From Acidobacteriota bacterium (lineage in GTDB: Bacteria; Acidobacteriota; UBA6911), in contig JAAYAJ010000022.1 in the NCBI GenBank assembly GCA_012719455.1, positions 21,713 through 85,712 on the forward strand: a DNA stretch of 64,000 nucleotides, written 5' to 3'. Positions 10,188-19,630 of this stretch are shown here, piece after piece (position 1 is the stretch's first letter; every line of letters begins with the position of its first letter). The position numbers and the translations under genes are program-made. A model generated the notes under the pieces. That model was given only the letters and a program-made list of their open reading frames with translations, was not told where the DNA came from and did not search any database.

Positions 10188-10255
10188 AATTAGGATATAA
10201 ATTGTTATTATCTAGGATTCTGCGTAATAAAAACTGATTTCTAGGAGAGTCAACC
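10185..10255 (+). promoter_or_regulatory. AT-rich promoter/operator island upstream of the TonB-dependent receptor (candidate -35 TTGAAA / TTGTTA elements, TAGGAT direct repeats)
   Basis: About 70 nt at roughly 25% GC in a roughly 70% GC genome. Repeated TAGGAT at 10191-10196 and 10213-10218. The third copy (TAGGAG, 10241-10246) serves as the RBS 7 nt before the ATG. Confidence 0.35.
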
Positions 10256-12652
10256 ATGAGTTTGAAAATGAAGAGAGGTTTCTGCCTGATACTGGCGTGC
10301 CTTCTCGTCCTCGCGGCGGGAACCGCGGTCCAGGCGCAGACCAAGCAGTTTATGACTTGGATGCAGGACCTCAACTATCTCGAAAAGGCAGCCGACGACG
10401 ACCTGGCGCGCGAAACCGAAGGGATCGTACAGATCCGCGCCGGGGTGGAGCTCTGGATCCGGATGCACCCCGGGACGGCGGTGACGCTCGCGGCCGCCCC
10501 GGACCGCCCCTGGGATGCGGCCGCGCTGCGCGGCCAGGTTACGGACCTGAAGCAGGCGGTGAGGGCCATTATCGCCGAAGACCCCGCCCGGCCCTTCCAG
10601 CTCGGTGTCACCTCGGTGAGCGTGACTTCGGAGGCCTCCCCCCTTTCCCCCATCGCCGAGAGTGTCGAACAGAATAAGCTCGAGCAACTGCATCTGACCA
10701 ACGTGGGGACGGCGCTCGATTATATCCCCGGGGTGTCGCTCGATCGGAGCGCCAACCGGAACGAAGCCCAGATCCGGCTGCGCGGGTTCAGCAACCGCGG
10801 GCAGATCCCCCTCTATCTCGACGGCATCCCGATCCAGGTGCCCTACGACGGGACTATCGATTTCAGCCGCTTCCTGACCGGCGACATCTCCGAGATCCAG
10901 GTGGCCAAGGGATACTCCTCACCCCTGATGGGGGCCAACAACCTCGGCGGGTCGATCAACCTGGTGTCCAAGGAGCCGAAGGACAAGCTCGACGGGGAGG
11001 CCATGATCGGAACCGGTTCCGGCGACGCCCTGCTGGCGTCGATGCGTCTCGGGTCCCGCTGGGACAAGTTCTACTTCCAGGGAACGCTCGACTGGAACCA
11101 GAAAGACTACATCCCCCTGTCGGGCGATTTCGCGGCGCCGGCGCCCAACCAGCCCGACTTCAAGCTCAATAATTCCGATTCGCGCGACGCCAAGTACGGC
11201 GGGCGCATCGGCTTCACCCCGCGCGGCGAGGACCAGTACGTCTTCAGCTACATCAACCAGAAGGCGGAGAAGAGTCAGCCGCGCTACAGCGGCTACGGGG
11301 TCAACGCCCGCAATCGCTACTGGAGATGGCCGGAGTGGAACAAGACCAGCTACTACGTCATCACCAACACCGGGATCGGCGACTCGAGTTCCATCAAGCT
11401 GCGTCTCTATTACGACCAGTTCAAGAACGCCTTGGCGAGCTACGACGACGACACCTACTCGACCATGACGAAGAGGTCCGCCTTCTATTCCGTCTATGAC
11501 GACCATGCCGGCGGCGCCTCGGTCGAATTCAACACCCGTCTTGTGCCGCGCAACAACATCAGCGCCTCCTTCTTCTTCAAGGACGACTCGCACAAGTCCT
11601 ACGACCTGGTCCCCTTCCGGACAGCCACCACCCTGGACCGGATCCAGACCTTCTCCTTCGGGTTCCAGGACGTGATTACGTTCACTTCCAAGGTGCAGGC
11701 CATCGTCGGGTTCAACATCGATCACCTGAAGGGGTTGCAGGCGATGGAGCTGACCGACGACGATCTGTCGACCCGGCCCATCATCTGCGAGTCCAACCCG
11801 AACAACGACAGTTTTGCGGGGTGCACCCCCAACGCCTGGCTCTTCAGCCCCCAGGTCTCCCTTTCCTACAGCTTCACCCAGAACGACAAGCTGTTCGCCA
11901 CCTTCTCCGACCGGGGGCGCTTCCCGCTGATGAAGGAGCTCTACACGTCGAGCTTTAGGAAGAGGTTGCCCAACCCCGACCTTGACCCCGAATACAGCCG
12001 CAACTGGAACTTCGGCTGGTCCCACGTCTTCTCTGCGAAAACCATGGGGCAGATCGAATTCTTCCGCAGCGACATGCGCAACGCCATCAACGACGTCTAC
12101 GTCCCCGACCCCGGGAACTTCTGCGAGGAAAGCAGGATTCCGGGCGCCTGCGAGCAGTACGCCAACGTAGCCGAGGAGGACCACTACGGGGTGGAGATGA
12201 GCCTGCGCAGCACCCCCTTCTCGCGCCTGACCCTGGACGGGAGCTACAGCTTCCTCGAGCGCAGCATCGTTGTCAGTCCCGATGTCCAGCTGTTCGACCC
12301 CGATCGCATGATCCTGCCCACCCTTCCCAAGCACAAGGTCATCATCAACGCGGCCCTCACCCTGCCGCGTGACATCCTGCTGCTCGGGACCTGGCGGTTC
12401 GAGGGAGCGCTTCACATGCAGGACCCGAACGACAGCGTCGATCATGACAACAACCCTGCGACGCCGCGGGTCGCTCCCCCCATCTCTTCCACCTCCTTCG
12501 GGACCGTGGATCTTGGTGCGGTGGCGCCCATCTACGGCGGGATGTCGCTCCAGGTCGGGTTGAAGAACCTCTTCGACCGGAACTACTTCTACAACCCGGG
12601 TTACCCGGAAGCCGGCCGGAACTGGTACTTCAACATGCGGTACAAGTTCTGA
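10256..12652 (+). CDS. TonB-dependent outer-membrane receptor
   Basis: Signal peptide. N-terminal plug-like region. About 800 aa beta-rich sequence ending in an aromatic C-terminal residue (…MRYKF). Typical TBDT composition (Y/N/G/D-rich). Confidence 0.85.
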   Translation: MSLKMKRGFCLILACLLVLAAGTAVQAQTKQFMTWMQDLNYLEKAADDDLARETEGIVQIRAGVELWIRMHPGTAVTLAAAPDRPWDAAALRGQVTDLKQAVRAIIAEDPARPFQLGVTSVSVTSEASPLSPIAESVEQNKLEQLHLTNVGTALDYIPGVSLDRSANRNEAQIRLRGFSNRGQIPLYLDGIPIQVPYDGTIDFSRFLTGDISEIQVAKGYSSPLMGANNLGGSINLVSKEPKDKLDGEAMIGTGSGDALLASMRLGSRWDKFYFQGTLDWNQKDYIPLSGDFAAPAPNQPDFKLNNSDSRDAKYGGRIGFTPRGEDQYVFSYINQKAEKSQPRYSGYGVNARNRYWRWPEWNKTSYYVITNTGIGDSSSIKLRLYYDQFKNALASYDDDTYSTMTKRSAFYSVYDDHAGGASVEFNTRLVPRNNISASFFFKDDSHKSYDLVPFRTATTLDRIQTFSFGFQDVITFTSKVQAIVGFNIDHLKGLQAMELTDDDLSTRPIICESNPNNDSFAGCTPNAWLFSPQVSLSYSFTQNDKLFATFSDRGRFPLMKELYTSSFRKRLPNPDLDPEYSRNWNFGWSHVFSAKTMGQIEFFRSDMRNAINDVYVPDPGNFCEESRIPGACEQYANVAEEDHYGVEMSLRSTPFSRLTLDGSYSFLERSIVVSPDVQLFDPDRMILPTLPKHKVIINAALTLPRDILLLGTWRFEGALHMQDPNDSVDHDNNPATPRVAPPISSTSFGTVDLGAVAPIYGGMSLQVGLKNLFDRNYFYNPGYPEAGRNWYFNMRYKF

Positions 12653-12670
12653 TTTTGTGAAGTGACGGAC

Positions 12671-12722
12671 GGCCGCGGGAAGGCACGATCGCCCGGGATC
12701 GTGCCCCCCGCGGCTTTTTTTT
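12671..12722 (+). terminator. Rho-independent terminator after the TonB receptor gene
   Basis: GC-rich hairpin (ggccgcggg…gcacgatcgcccgggatcgtgc…ccccgcggc) followed by a T9 run. Confidence 0.6.
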
Positions 12723-12965
12723 GCCTGCGCCCGACGCCCGGTCCTTGGGTGGTAATGACAAAAATTAACCAAAAATAACTAGCAATCCGATTAGGTCTTA
12801 TGTATCATGGGCCTATCTCTAGCCATTGGAGAGCGAAGGGCCGGCAGAGCGTGGGGCTCTAAGCGACCCCGGCCCTTCGCAGCGTTCTTCCCGTTTTCAT
12901 TCAACCTCAATACGATTCCGGCCGCCCGGGTGGTATAGTTACGTATTCGCAAGGGGAGAGAGCCT

Positions 12966-13283
12966 ATGCTTACGGTGACGACCCCGGCTTTGGAGGGGAA
13001 GAGGATTTTGAAATACCACGGCCTCGTCAGCGGCGAGGCGATCCTGGGAGCCAACATATTCCAGGATCTCTTTGCCGGGATCCGGGATGTCGTCGGCGGC
13101 CGCTCCGCCGCCTACGAGCAGGAACTGCGCAAGGCGAAGGAGATCGCGCTGGAGGAAATGAGAATGTCGGCGGCCGCGCTCGGCGCCAACGCGATCGTGG
13201 GCGTCGACCTGGATTACGAGACGATCGGCAGGGGGACGATGCTGATGGTGAGCGCGAGCGGCACCGCCGTGACCGTGGAATAG
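12966..13283 (+). CDS. YbjQ/UPF0145 family protein (putative heavy-metal-binding domain)
   Basis: 105 aa. Characteristic sequence …[13 protein letters not shown]…[11 protein letters not shown]. Confidence 0.8.
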   Translation: MLTVTTPALEGKRILKYHGLVSGEAILGANIFQDLFAGIRDVVGGRSAAYEQELRKAKEIALEEMRMSAAALGANAIVGVDLDYETIGRGTMLMVSASGTAVTVE

Positions 13284-13328
13284 GCGTCCCGGGCCGTCAC
13301 GGCCGGGAAGCTTCCGTCGGAGGTGGGG

Positions 13329-13673
13329 ATGAGAAAGGTACCGGAAAGGTTCCGGGAGTTCGTGCGCCGCTACCCGGAGGCCGCGCGGGCGTACGAGGAT
13401 TTCGCCGCCGCGTGCCGCCGGGCGGGCCCCCTGGGGGAACGGGAGCGCGCACTGGTGCAGTTGGGGATCGCCGCGGGGAGCAACGTGGAGGGATCGGTCA
13501 ATTCCCAGGTGCGCAAGGCCCTCGACCTGGGGTTGTCCCCCGGGGAGATCCGCCACGCCATCCTTCTGGCGACGACCGCGGTCGGTTTCCCCCGGATGAT
13601 GCGGGCCCTGGCTTGGGCCGACGCCATTCTCGGCCCCGGGGAGGCGGAGGGCGGGCTGGAGCCCGGCCGATGA
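13329..13673 (+). CDS. Carboxymuconolactone decarboxylase (CMD/AhpD-like) family protein
   Basis: About 115 aa. CMD-family length and helical pattern. GGAGG RBS 7 nt upstream of the ATG at 13329 (GTG at 13323 is an alternative start). Confidence 0.65.
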   Translation: MRKVPERFREFVRRYPEAARAYEDFAAACRRAGPLGERERALVQLGIAAGSNVEGSVNSQVRKALDLGLSPGEIRHAILLATTAVGFPRMMRALAWADAILGPGEAEGGLEPGR

Positions 13674-13695
13674 AGCTCCCGCCCGGTGACTGTCC

Positions 13696-15399
13696 ATGAA
13701 ATTCCTGATTTCCCAGACTGTTTCCCTGATGCAAGGGGGAAGGGGCAAAAGCGACATCAGGACGCTCGCCCGCTACCTGGGGCTGCTGGCCGCCATCATC
13801 CTCCTCTACAGCGTCCTGTTCCACGGACTCATGCTGCTCGAGGGGCGGCATTATTCCTGGATCACGGGGGTCTACTGGACCCTTACGGTCATGTCGACGC
13901 TGGGATTCGGGGATATCACCTTCACGAGCGACTTGGGGCGCGCCTTTTCCATCGTCGTCCTGGTGAGCGGGATCCTCTCCCTGCTCGTAGTGCTCCCCTT
14001 CTCCTTCATCCACTTCTTCTACGCCCCCTGGCTCGAGGCGCAGAACCGGGCGCGCGCCCCGCGCCAACTCCCCGCCGGGACCCGTGGCCACGTGATCCTG
14101 ACCCATTTCAACAATTCTGCCGCCAACCTGATCGGGCGGCTGCGCCAGCTGGGTGTCCCCGCCGTGGTGCTGGTACCCGATTTCCAGCAGGCGCTCGATC
14201 TGTTCGATCGCGGCTACCAGGTGGTCGTCGGCGAGCTGAACAGCCCCGACACCTACCGTGACCTGCAGGTGCACCAGGCCTCCCTGGTCGTGGTCCTGAA
14301 CGACGACCTGGCCAGCACCAACATCATCTACACCATCCGGGAACGGTGCGAGCACGTGGTGACGGTGGCCAACGCCGACCAGGACGACTCCCTCGACATC
14401 CTGCAACTGGCAGGGAGCACCCATGTCTTCCAGTTCCACAAGGCCCTGGGGAGGGCGATGGCGCGGCGCGTGCTCGGCACCAGCCTCGAGCCCAACGTGA
14501 TCGGGCAGTTCGGCGCGCTCCGGATCGCCGAAGTCCCCGCCGCGGCCACCACCCTCGAGGGACAGACGCTGGCCGAGAGCCGCATCCGCAGCCGGGCGGG
14601 GGTGAACGTGGTCGCCCTCTGGGGGCAGGGGGAACTAAGGTTGCCGACCCCCGATACCCGCATAGAGTCTTCCATGGTCCTCGTCCTGGCGGGGACCGAG
14701 GAGCAGCTCTGCCGGTTCGAGCGGCTGGTACGCCCCGCGGACCGGCCGGACCGGCAGGAGGGGCCGGTGCTCGTTCTCGGCGGCGGACGGGTGGGCCAGG
14801 CGGTGGCCGAGGCACTGGAGGAACGGGGGGTCGACTACCGGATCGTGGAAAAGCGCGGCAACATGCGCCAGGGAAATTCCAAGGTCATCGTGGGGAGCGC
14901 GGCCGACCGCGAAACGCTGGAGGCGGCGGGCATCGGGCACACGCCGTCGATTATCGTGACCACGCACGAGGACGATCTGAACGTCTATCTCACCATCTAC
15001 TGCCGCCGCCTGCGCCCCGACGCCCAGATCATCAGCCGGGCCAGCCTCGATCGGAACGTCCAGACGCTCTATCGTGCCGGGGCCAGCCGGGTGATGTCCT
15101 ACGGGACCATCATCAGCTCGACCATCGTCAACCTCCTCCGCCCCGAAAGCCTGCTCATGCTTTCGGAAAACGTGAGCGTCTTCACCGCCCGCGCGGACAG
15201 GCGCCTGAGGAACCGGTCGCTGCTGCAGCTGTCGATCCGGGAACAGACCGGCTGCAGCATCATCGCCGTCAAGCACGACGGGGGGATGACGGTGAATCCC
15301 GAGCCCAGCGACATAGTGCACGAGGAGGACGAACTGATTCTGGTGGGGGACGAGGAGTCGATGGACCGTTTCGTCTCCTGGAAACCGCAGCGGACCTGA
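13696..15399 (+). CDS. Potassium channel with tandem RCK (TrkA-N/TrkA-C) domains
   Basis: Two TM helices flanking a pore helix with selectivity filter TLGFGD. Rossmann GGGRVGQAVAEAL in the second RCK domain. Confidence 0.8.
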   Translation: MKFLISQTVSLMQGGRGKSDIRTLARYLGLLAAIILLYSVLFHGLMLLEGRHYSWITGVYWTLTVMSTLGFGDITFTSDLGRAFSIVVLVSGILSLLVVLPFSFIHFFYAPWLEAQNRARAPRQLPAGTRGHVILTHFNNSAANLIGRLRQLGVPAVVLVPDFQQALDLFDRGYQVVVGELNSPDTYRDLQVHQASLVVVLNDDLASTNIIYTIRERCEHVVTVANADQDDSLDILQLAGSTHVFQFHKALGRAMARRVLGTSLEPNVIGQFGALRIAEVPAAATTLEGQTLAESRIRSRAGVNVVALWGQGELRLPTPDTRIESSMVLVLAGTEEQLCRFERLVRPADRPDRQEGPVLVLGGGRVGQAVAEALEERGVDYRIVEKRGNMRQGNSKVIVGSAADRETLEAAGIGHTPSIIVTTHEDDLNVYLTIYCRRLRPDAQIISRASLDRNVQTLYRAGASRVMSYGTIISSTIVNLLRPESLLMLSENVSVFTARADRRLRNRSLLQLSIREQTGCSIIAVKHDGGMTVNPEPSDIVHEEDELILVGDEESMDRFVSWKPQRT

Positions 15400-15411
15400 A
15401 AAAGGGAAGGG

Positions 15412-16410
15412 ATGATGGCAGAACGGATCAGGCGCAGCCTGGAGGGGGTCGCGGTCCCGGGCATCGGGAGGGGCATCGTGGCGATGGGACTGGTGCGCGG
15501 CATCGAGATGGATGGGAGCGGGGTGAAGGTCCTGCTGGCTTCGACGGCCCTGATCCCGGGCGCCCAACGCTGGATTGCGGACCGGGTCCGGGAGGCGGTG
15601 GAACAGCTGGATGGGGTCGACAGGGTCGAGGTCGAATACCGGGCGGCGAAGGCGAAGGAGTTGAACCGGATCGGCCGTATCATCGCCGTGATGAGCGGCA
15701 AGGGGGGGGTGGGGAAATCGCTCGTATCGGGACTCCTGGCGGTTGCGCTGAAACGCCGGGGGTACGAGGTGGGGATCCTGGATGCCGACATCACCGGCCC
15801 GAGCATCCCCAGGATGTTCGGCGTCTGTCTCCCTCCCGGGGGGGACGAGAGCGGCATTCTCCCCGTCATGTCCGGATCGGGGATCGAGATCATCTCGATC
15901 AACCTCATGCTGCCGGCCGAGGACACGGCGGTCATGTGGCGCGGGCCCCTGATCGCCAACACCATCAAGCAGTTCGGCGAGGATGTCCTCTGGGGGAGCC
16001 TGGATTACCTGATCGTCGATCTTCCCCCGGGTACCGCCGACGTCCCGCTCACCCTGATGCAGTCCTTTCCGGTCACCGGCGCCGTCGTCGTGTTCACCCC
16101 CCAGGGCCTGGTGGAGATGATCGTGCGCAAGGCGGTCAACATGATGGCGGACATGGAGCAACGCATCCTGGGCGTCGTCGAAAACATGAGCTACATCTAC
16201 ATCCCGGAGATCGACAGAAAGATCGAACTCTTCGGCCCCAGCCGCGCCGAGGAGATCGCGCGCGGGATCGGCGTTCCCCTGCTGGCGCGGATCCCCATCG
16301 ATCCGGCGCTTGCGGCCCTGTGCGACGGGGGCAGGATCGAGGAGTACGACGGGGAGCTCCTGTCGCTGCTGGGGGACCGCCTGATCGGAGAGCTGTCCTT
16401 CGAAGCCTAG
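15412..16410 (+). CDS. apbC: Mrp/ApbC/NBP35-family Fe-S cluster carrier ATPase
   Basis: Deviant Walker A GKGGVGKS. N-terminal DUF59-like domain. Typical ParA/MinD-like fold sequence. Confidence 0.85.
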   Translation: MMAERIRRSLEGVAVPGIGRGIVAMGLVRGIEMDGSGVKVLLASTALIPGAQRWIADRVREAVEQLDGVDRVEVEYRAAKAKELNRIGRIIAVMSGKGGVGKSLVSGLLAVALKRRGYEVGILDADITGPSIPRMFGVCLPPGGDESGILPVMSGSGIEIISINLMLPAEDTAVMWRGPLIANTIKQFGEDVLWGSLDYLIVDLPPGTADVPLTLMQSFPVTGAVVVFTPQGLVEMIVRKAVNMMADMEQRILGVVENMSYIYIPEIDRKIELFGPSRAEEIARGIGVPLLARIPIDPALAALCDGGRIEEYDGELLSLLGDRLIGELSFEA

Positions 16411-17439
16411 TCAGTGCTCGATCGCCAGCAGGGCCGCTCCGACCGCGAGGCCGAAGAGCAGGCTGATCAGCTTGACCACGACGAAGGTTTTGCGCGAATG
16501 GGCCAGCAGCGGCAGCATTCCGTGGCCGTCCTGGACGATGGAGCTTGCCAGCAGCGTGCCGAAGGGCACCAGGCCCTGGGAGAACAGGGTCACGAAGATG
16601 AGGTGGGGGCCCGATTCCGGCACCAGCCCGATCAGGGCCGCAAGCGCCAGAACGATCCAGCGGTTCCCCTGGATCGCATCCCCGATCCGCCAGGAGTGCA
16701 CGATGAGGTTCATCAGGAGGAGGGCTCCGAACGTCCAGAGGAAGATGCGGGGCGCATGCTGGCGAACGACGTGCTTCCAGAGATGCTCCTCCAGAAAATG
16801 CTCGGGTACGGTTGCAACGATGAACAGCCCCACCCCCGAGGTCAGGAGCAGGGTCACCCGGATCCAGTTCCACTCTTCCGGCCCGATCTTTCCGAGGACG
16901 ACCAGGGACAGGAACCCGAGCAGGAGGAAGGAGAGGGTCCCCCGGGCGGGGGAGCATTTCTTCCACTCTGCGAGGAACCGGTCCGCGGAAAACATACTGC
17001 AGAGCTCCTCTTCGTGAAGCTGGAAGTCCTCCTGGCAGGAGAGGAACGTGGTGAGGCGCGGACCCGCCAAGGCATCCGTGAGGAGTCCCGCCGCTATCCC
17101 CAGCAGGAAAAGGGCTCCGTGCACCAGCAGGGCGGCGCGGGGAACCAGGGCGAACATTACGAAGGACTCGTCGCCACAGGTGGCGATCATCGCCGCCACC
17201 AGGCTTCCCATCGTCATGCGCCGGTGGGTGTACATGGCCACGACCGTAAACGCTCCCAGGCACCCGGGTGTGACCCCCAGCAGGGCCGCCAGCACGACCT
17301 GGCCGACCCGGTGCTCCGACAGCCGCTCCTGCCAGGCGCCCCGGCTGACCACGTTGACGTATTCGATGACCAGCATGATGATGGCCACGAATCCCGTGAT
17401 CAGCAGCGCGTGGCTCAATGCCGGGAAAACGTGTTGCAT
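16411..17439 (-). CDS. Polytopic integral membrane protein, unknown function (third gene of the feoAB operon)
   Basis: 342 aa with about 9-10 hydrophobic segments. Start ATG sits 35 nt after the feoB stop. Corresponds to the C-terminal part of the composite 812-aa ORF in the track. Confidence 0.5.
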   Translation of the reverse strand: MQHVFPALSHALLITGFVAIIMLVIEYVNVVSRGAWQERLSEHRVGQVVLAALLGVTPGCLGAFTVVAMYTHRRMTMGSLVAAMIATCGDESFVMFALVPRAALLVHGALFLLGIAAGLLTDALAGPRLTTFLSCQEDFQLHEEELCSMFSADRFLAEWKKCSPARGTLSFLLLGFLSLVVLGKIGPEEWNWIRVTLLLTSGVGLFIVATVPEHFLEEHLWKHVVRQHAPRIFLWTFGALLLMNLIVHSWRIGDAIQGNRWIVLALAALIGLVPESGPHLIFVTLFSQGLVPFGTLLASSIVQDGHGMLPLLAHSRKTFVVVKLISLLFGLAVGAALLAIEH

Positions 17440-17474
17440 TCCGCCCTTTCTTTCCGCCCGTCCCCGGGCTCGGT

Positions 17475-19184
17475 TCAGTCGAACAGGAGATTCAAGATCC
17501 CGCCCGTCACCAGGGTCGCCGCCAGCATGACGCCGGTCGACCTGGCAAGCCCCCGGGGACCGATCTCCTTCAATAACACCGCGAAAGTGGCGATGCAGGG
17601 GAAGAACATCGCCAGCACCACGCTCCCGACCACCAGCTGCCCCGCCGTCATGTCGAGGGGGGCCATCATCCCCAGGGCGACATCCTTCCGTAAAAAGCCC
17701 ACCGCCAGGGCGATGACCGCCTCCCGGGGCAGGCCCAGGACGGTGGTCACCACTGGGGCGCAGAAGTCGGCGACCGCGTCGAAAAGACCGAGGGATTGGA
17801 GGAGGTTGACCACGAGCACCGCCCCCAGCACCAGCGGGACGGCCTCCACGAAGAATCCCCGCACGCGCGTCCAGAGCTTCTGCGCGATCGCGCGCAGGGA
17901 AGGGAGCCGGTAGGGAGGGATCTCGATCAGCAACTCCGGGGTGAAGCCCCGCATCAGGCGGCGCAGGACGAACCCCAGGACCAGCCATACCAGGAGCAGC
18001 GTCGCGTAAACGAGGAGCACGTAGCGCCCTCCCCGCGCGCCGACCAGGCCGAAGATCATGGCCTGGAGCGAGGCGCACGGGATGGCGATGGAAATCAGCG
18101 TGGCCGCGATGAAACGCTCGCGCCGGCTTTCCAGGACCCGGGTGGCCATGATGCCGGGCACGTTGCAGCCGAAGCCGAGCATGGTGGGAATGATGGCGTA
18201 CCCGTGCAGGCCGATCCGGTGCATCAGCGTGTCGACCATCACGGCCAGGCGCGGCAGGTAGCCGGAGTCCTCGAGCAGCCCCAGGGCCAGGTAAAAGGAA
18301 AGGATATAGGGGAAAACCATGGCGATCGGGACGTAGAGCCCGCTGGTGAGTAGGCCAAAGGATTCGACGAAGTTGATCGTCCCCCCGGTGATGTTTCCCA
18401 CCACGAGGTCGTGCAGCAGCCCGCCTCCCCCCAGCATCCGGCTGACGCGGAGGACTAAAGGAGCCCACACCCCTTGAAAAAGCGGGTTCATCACCCGGTC
18501 GATGAGCCCTTCGCTGGCATACCGGACCCCGATGAAGATCCCGGCCAGCACCGCGACGGCGATGAGGCCCCCGGACACCGGGCGGAGACTCGCATCGGCC
18601 AGCCGCTCCTTCCAGGTGTGGTGGCGATGGGAAACCTTCTGCACGCGCCCGACGATGTCCCCAACGGCCATCCAGCGTTCGCTCGTCGTGCGCGCGGGGT
18701 GGCGGGGGGCCGCCGCGCGCGGCAGGGCCTCGACCAGCTGCTTCATCCCCTCGCCGGAGACCGCCACCGTGGGAATGACGGGGACCCGCAGCGCCGCTTC
18801 CAGCTTTTCCAGGTCGATGAGGATCCCGTGGTGCCGGGCATCGTCCCACACGTTGAGCGCCACCACCATCGGAGTGTCGCGCTCCAACAGCTGCAGCGTC
18901 AGGTAAAGATTGCGTTCGAGATTGGTGGCGTCCACCACGTTGATGATCCGGTCCCCCTGCCCGAGCATCTCCAGGGCGACCTTTTCCGCCTCGCAGGTCG
19001 GGTCCAGGGTGTAGGTTCCCGGCACGTCCGTGATCTCGACCTGTTCCGCCCCCAGCTTCATGAAGCCGTTGGTGTAGCTCACGGTGGAGCCGGGATAGTT
19101 CGAGGAGAGGACGTGGACCCCAGTGAGGCGCGAAAACACGACGCTCTTCCCCACGTTCGGGTTGCCCACCAGCAGGATCTTCAT
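17475..19184 (-). CDS. feoB: Ferrous iron transporter FeoB
   Basis: N-terminal G-protein domain MKILLVGNPNVGKS (G1) and DVPG (G3), followed by a large polytopic membrane domain. Start overlaps the feoA stop (ATGA). Confidence 0.85.
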   Translation of the reverse strand: MKILLVGNPNVGKSVVFSRLTGVHVLSSNYPGSTVSYTNGFMKLGAEQVEITDVPGTYTLDPTCEAEKVALEMLGQGDRIINVVDATNLERNLYLTLQLLERDTPMVVALNVWDDARHHGILIDLEKLEAALRVPVIPTVAVSGEGMKQLVEALPRAAAPRHPARTTSERWMAVGDIVGRVQKVSHRHHTWKERLADASLRPVSGGLIAVAVLAGIFIGVRYASEGLIDRVMNPLFQGVWAPLVLRVSRMLGGGGLLHDLVVGNITGGTINFVESFGLLTSGLYVPIAMVFPYILSFYLALGLLEDSGYLPRLAVMVDTLMHRIGLHGYAIIPTMLGFGCNVPGIMATRVLESRRERFIAATLISIAIPCASLQAMIFGLVGARGGRYVLLVYATLLLVWLVLGFVLRRLMRGFTPELLIEIPPYRLPSLRAIAQKLWTRVRGFFVEAVPLVLGAVLVVNLLQSLGLFDAVADFCAPVVTTVLGLPREAVIALAVGFLRKDVALGMMAPLDMTAGQLVVGSVVLAMFFPCIATFAVLLKEIGPRGLARSTGVMLAATLVTGGILNLLFD

Positions 19185-19402
19185 GGGGCGGTCTGTTCCG
19201 TTTTGGCGAAGATGCGGCTGGCCATTCCGAATCCCACGGCGATGGAGCAACCTTCGACCTCGATCACGGTGGGCCCCTTCATGAAGGCGGAGCTCACCTT
19301 CCTGATCTTCCTTCCCGGGCGGATCCCGAGGGCCTCCAGCCGGTCCTGCATCATCTGCTCCCCGTCCACGCGGACCACGACCCCCTGCTGCCCGTCAGCC
19401 AT
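19181..19402 (-). CDS. feoA: Ferrous iron transport protein FeoA
   Basis: 73 aa SH3-like FeoA sequence (MADGQQGVVVRV…GIRPGRKIRKV…IEVEG…IAVG). Translationally coupled to feoB. Confidence 0.75.
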   Translation of the reverse strand: MADGQQGVVVRVDGEQMMQDRLEALGIRPGRKIRKVSSAFMKGPTVIEVEGCSIAVGFGMASRIFAKTEQTAP

Positions 19403-19630
19403 CTCGGCCGCAGTCACCAGATCCCCCTCCTGCATACACCCTCTCCTTTGCCATCCGACTTTGCGCCCCCCGCGCACCGGCCGGCGCCCGCGTCGAGCGC
19501 TTCCACGGCTTGGAGGCAATCCTTCATGCCGGCGCTCCGCCTCCCGGTCATCGCCCCGCCGGATTGTTAGACGGACGAAGCATTTTCTCAGGTAACGGGC
19601 ATGAGTGCAACGGCGCCTTTCGGGGAATCG

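Noticed and set aside
10185-10230. Possible Fur box upstream of the TonB-dependent receptor
   Set aside because: Best alignment to the 19-bp Fur consensus is only about 8/19. Only a TTATTATC half-site-like segment is present. Retained only as a generic AT-rich promoter.
10919-12772. 617-aa minus-strand ORF
   Set aside because: Antisense shadow of the TonB-dependent receptor gene. Low-complexity G/R/P/V-rich translation typical of high-GC alternate frames; no recognisable domains.
12791-13057. 88-aa minus-strand ORF overlapping the ybjQ start region
   Set aside because: No RBS, no family resemblance, and it overlaps a confidently called gene start. Likely spurious.
14635-16161. Long antisense/alternate-frame ORFs (also 16414..17913, 26443..28149, 43853..45697, 58163..60010, 3783..5345, 6545..8317, 39570..40493, 40919..42505, 42418..44115)
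   Set aside because: All overlap well-supported genes on the opposite strand or in another frame. All have Arg/Gly/Pro/Ala-biased translations characteristic of spurious ORFs in roughly 70% GC DNA.
16411-18849. 812-aa minus-strand ORF
   Set aside because: Composite. Only the C-terminal 342 aa (from MQHVF, start 17439) is membrane-protein-like. The N-terminal about 470 aa run in an alternate frame across feoB and are Arg/Gly/Pro-rich nonsense.
17475-19250. N-terminal extensions of feoB (and likewise murC 38897, murD 41255, murE 43998, ftsW 39694, AOR 28263, queA 57176, pbpC 5439, rsfS 51795)
   Set aside because: The extensions overlap upstream genes and lack conserved sequence. Internal starts coincide with conserved N-termini and with 4-nt stop/start couplings.
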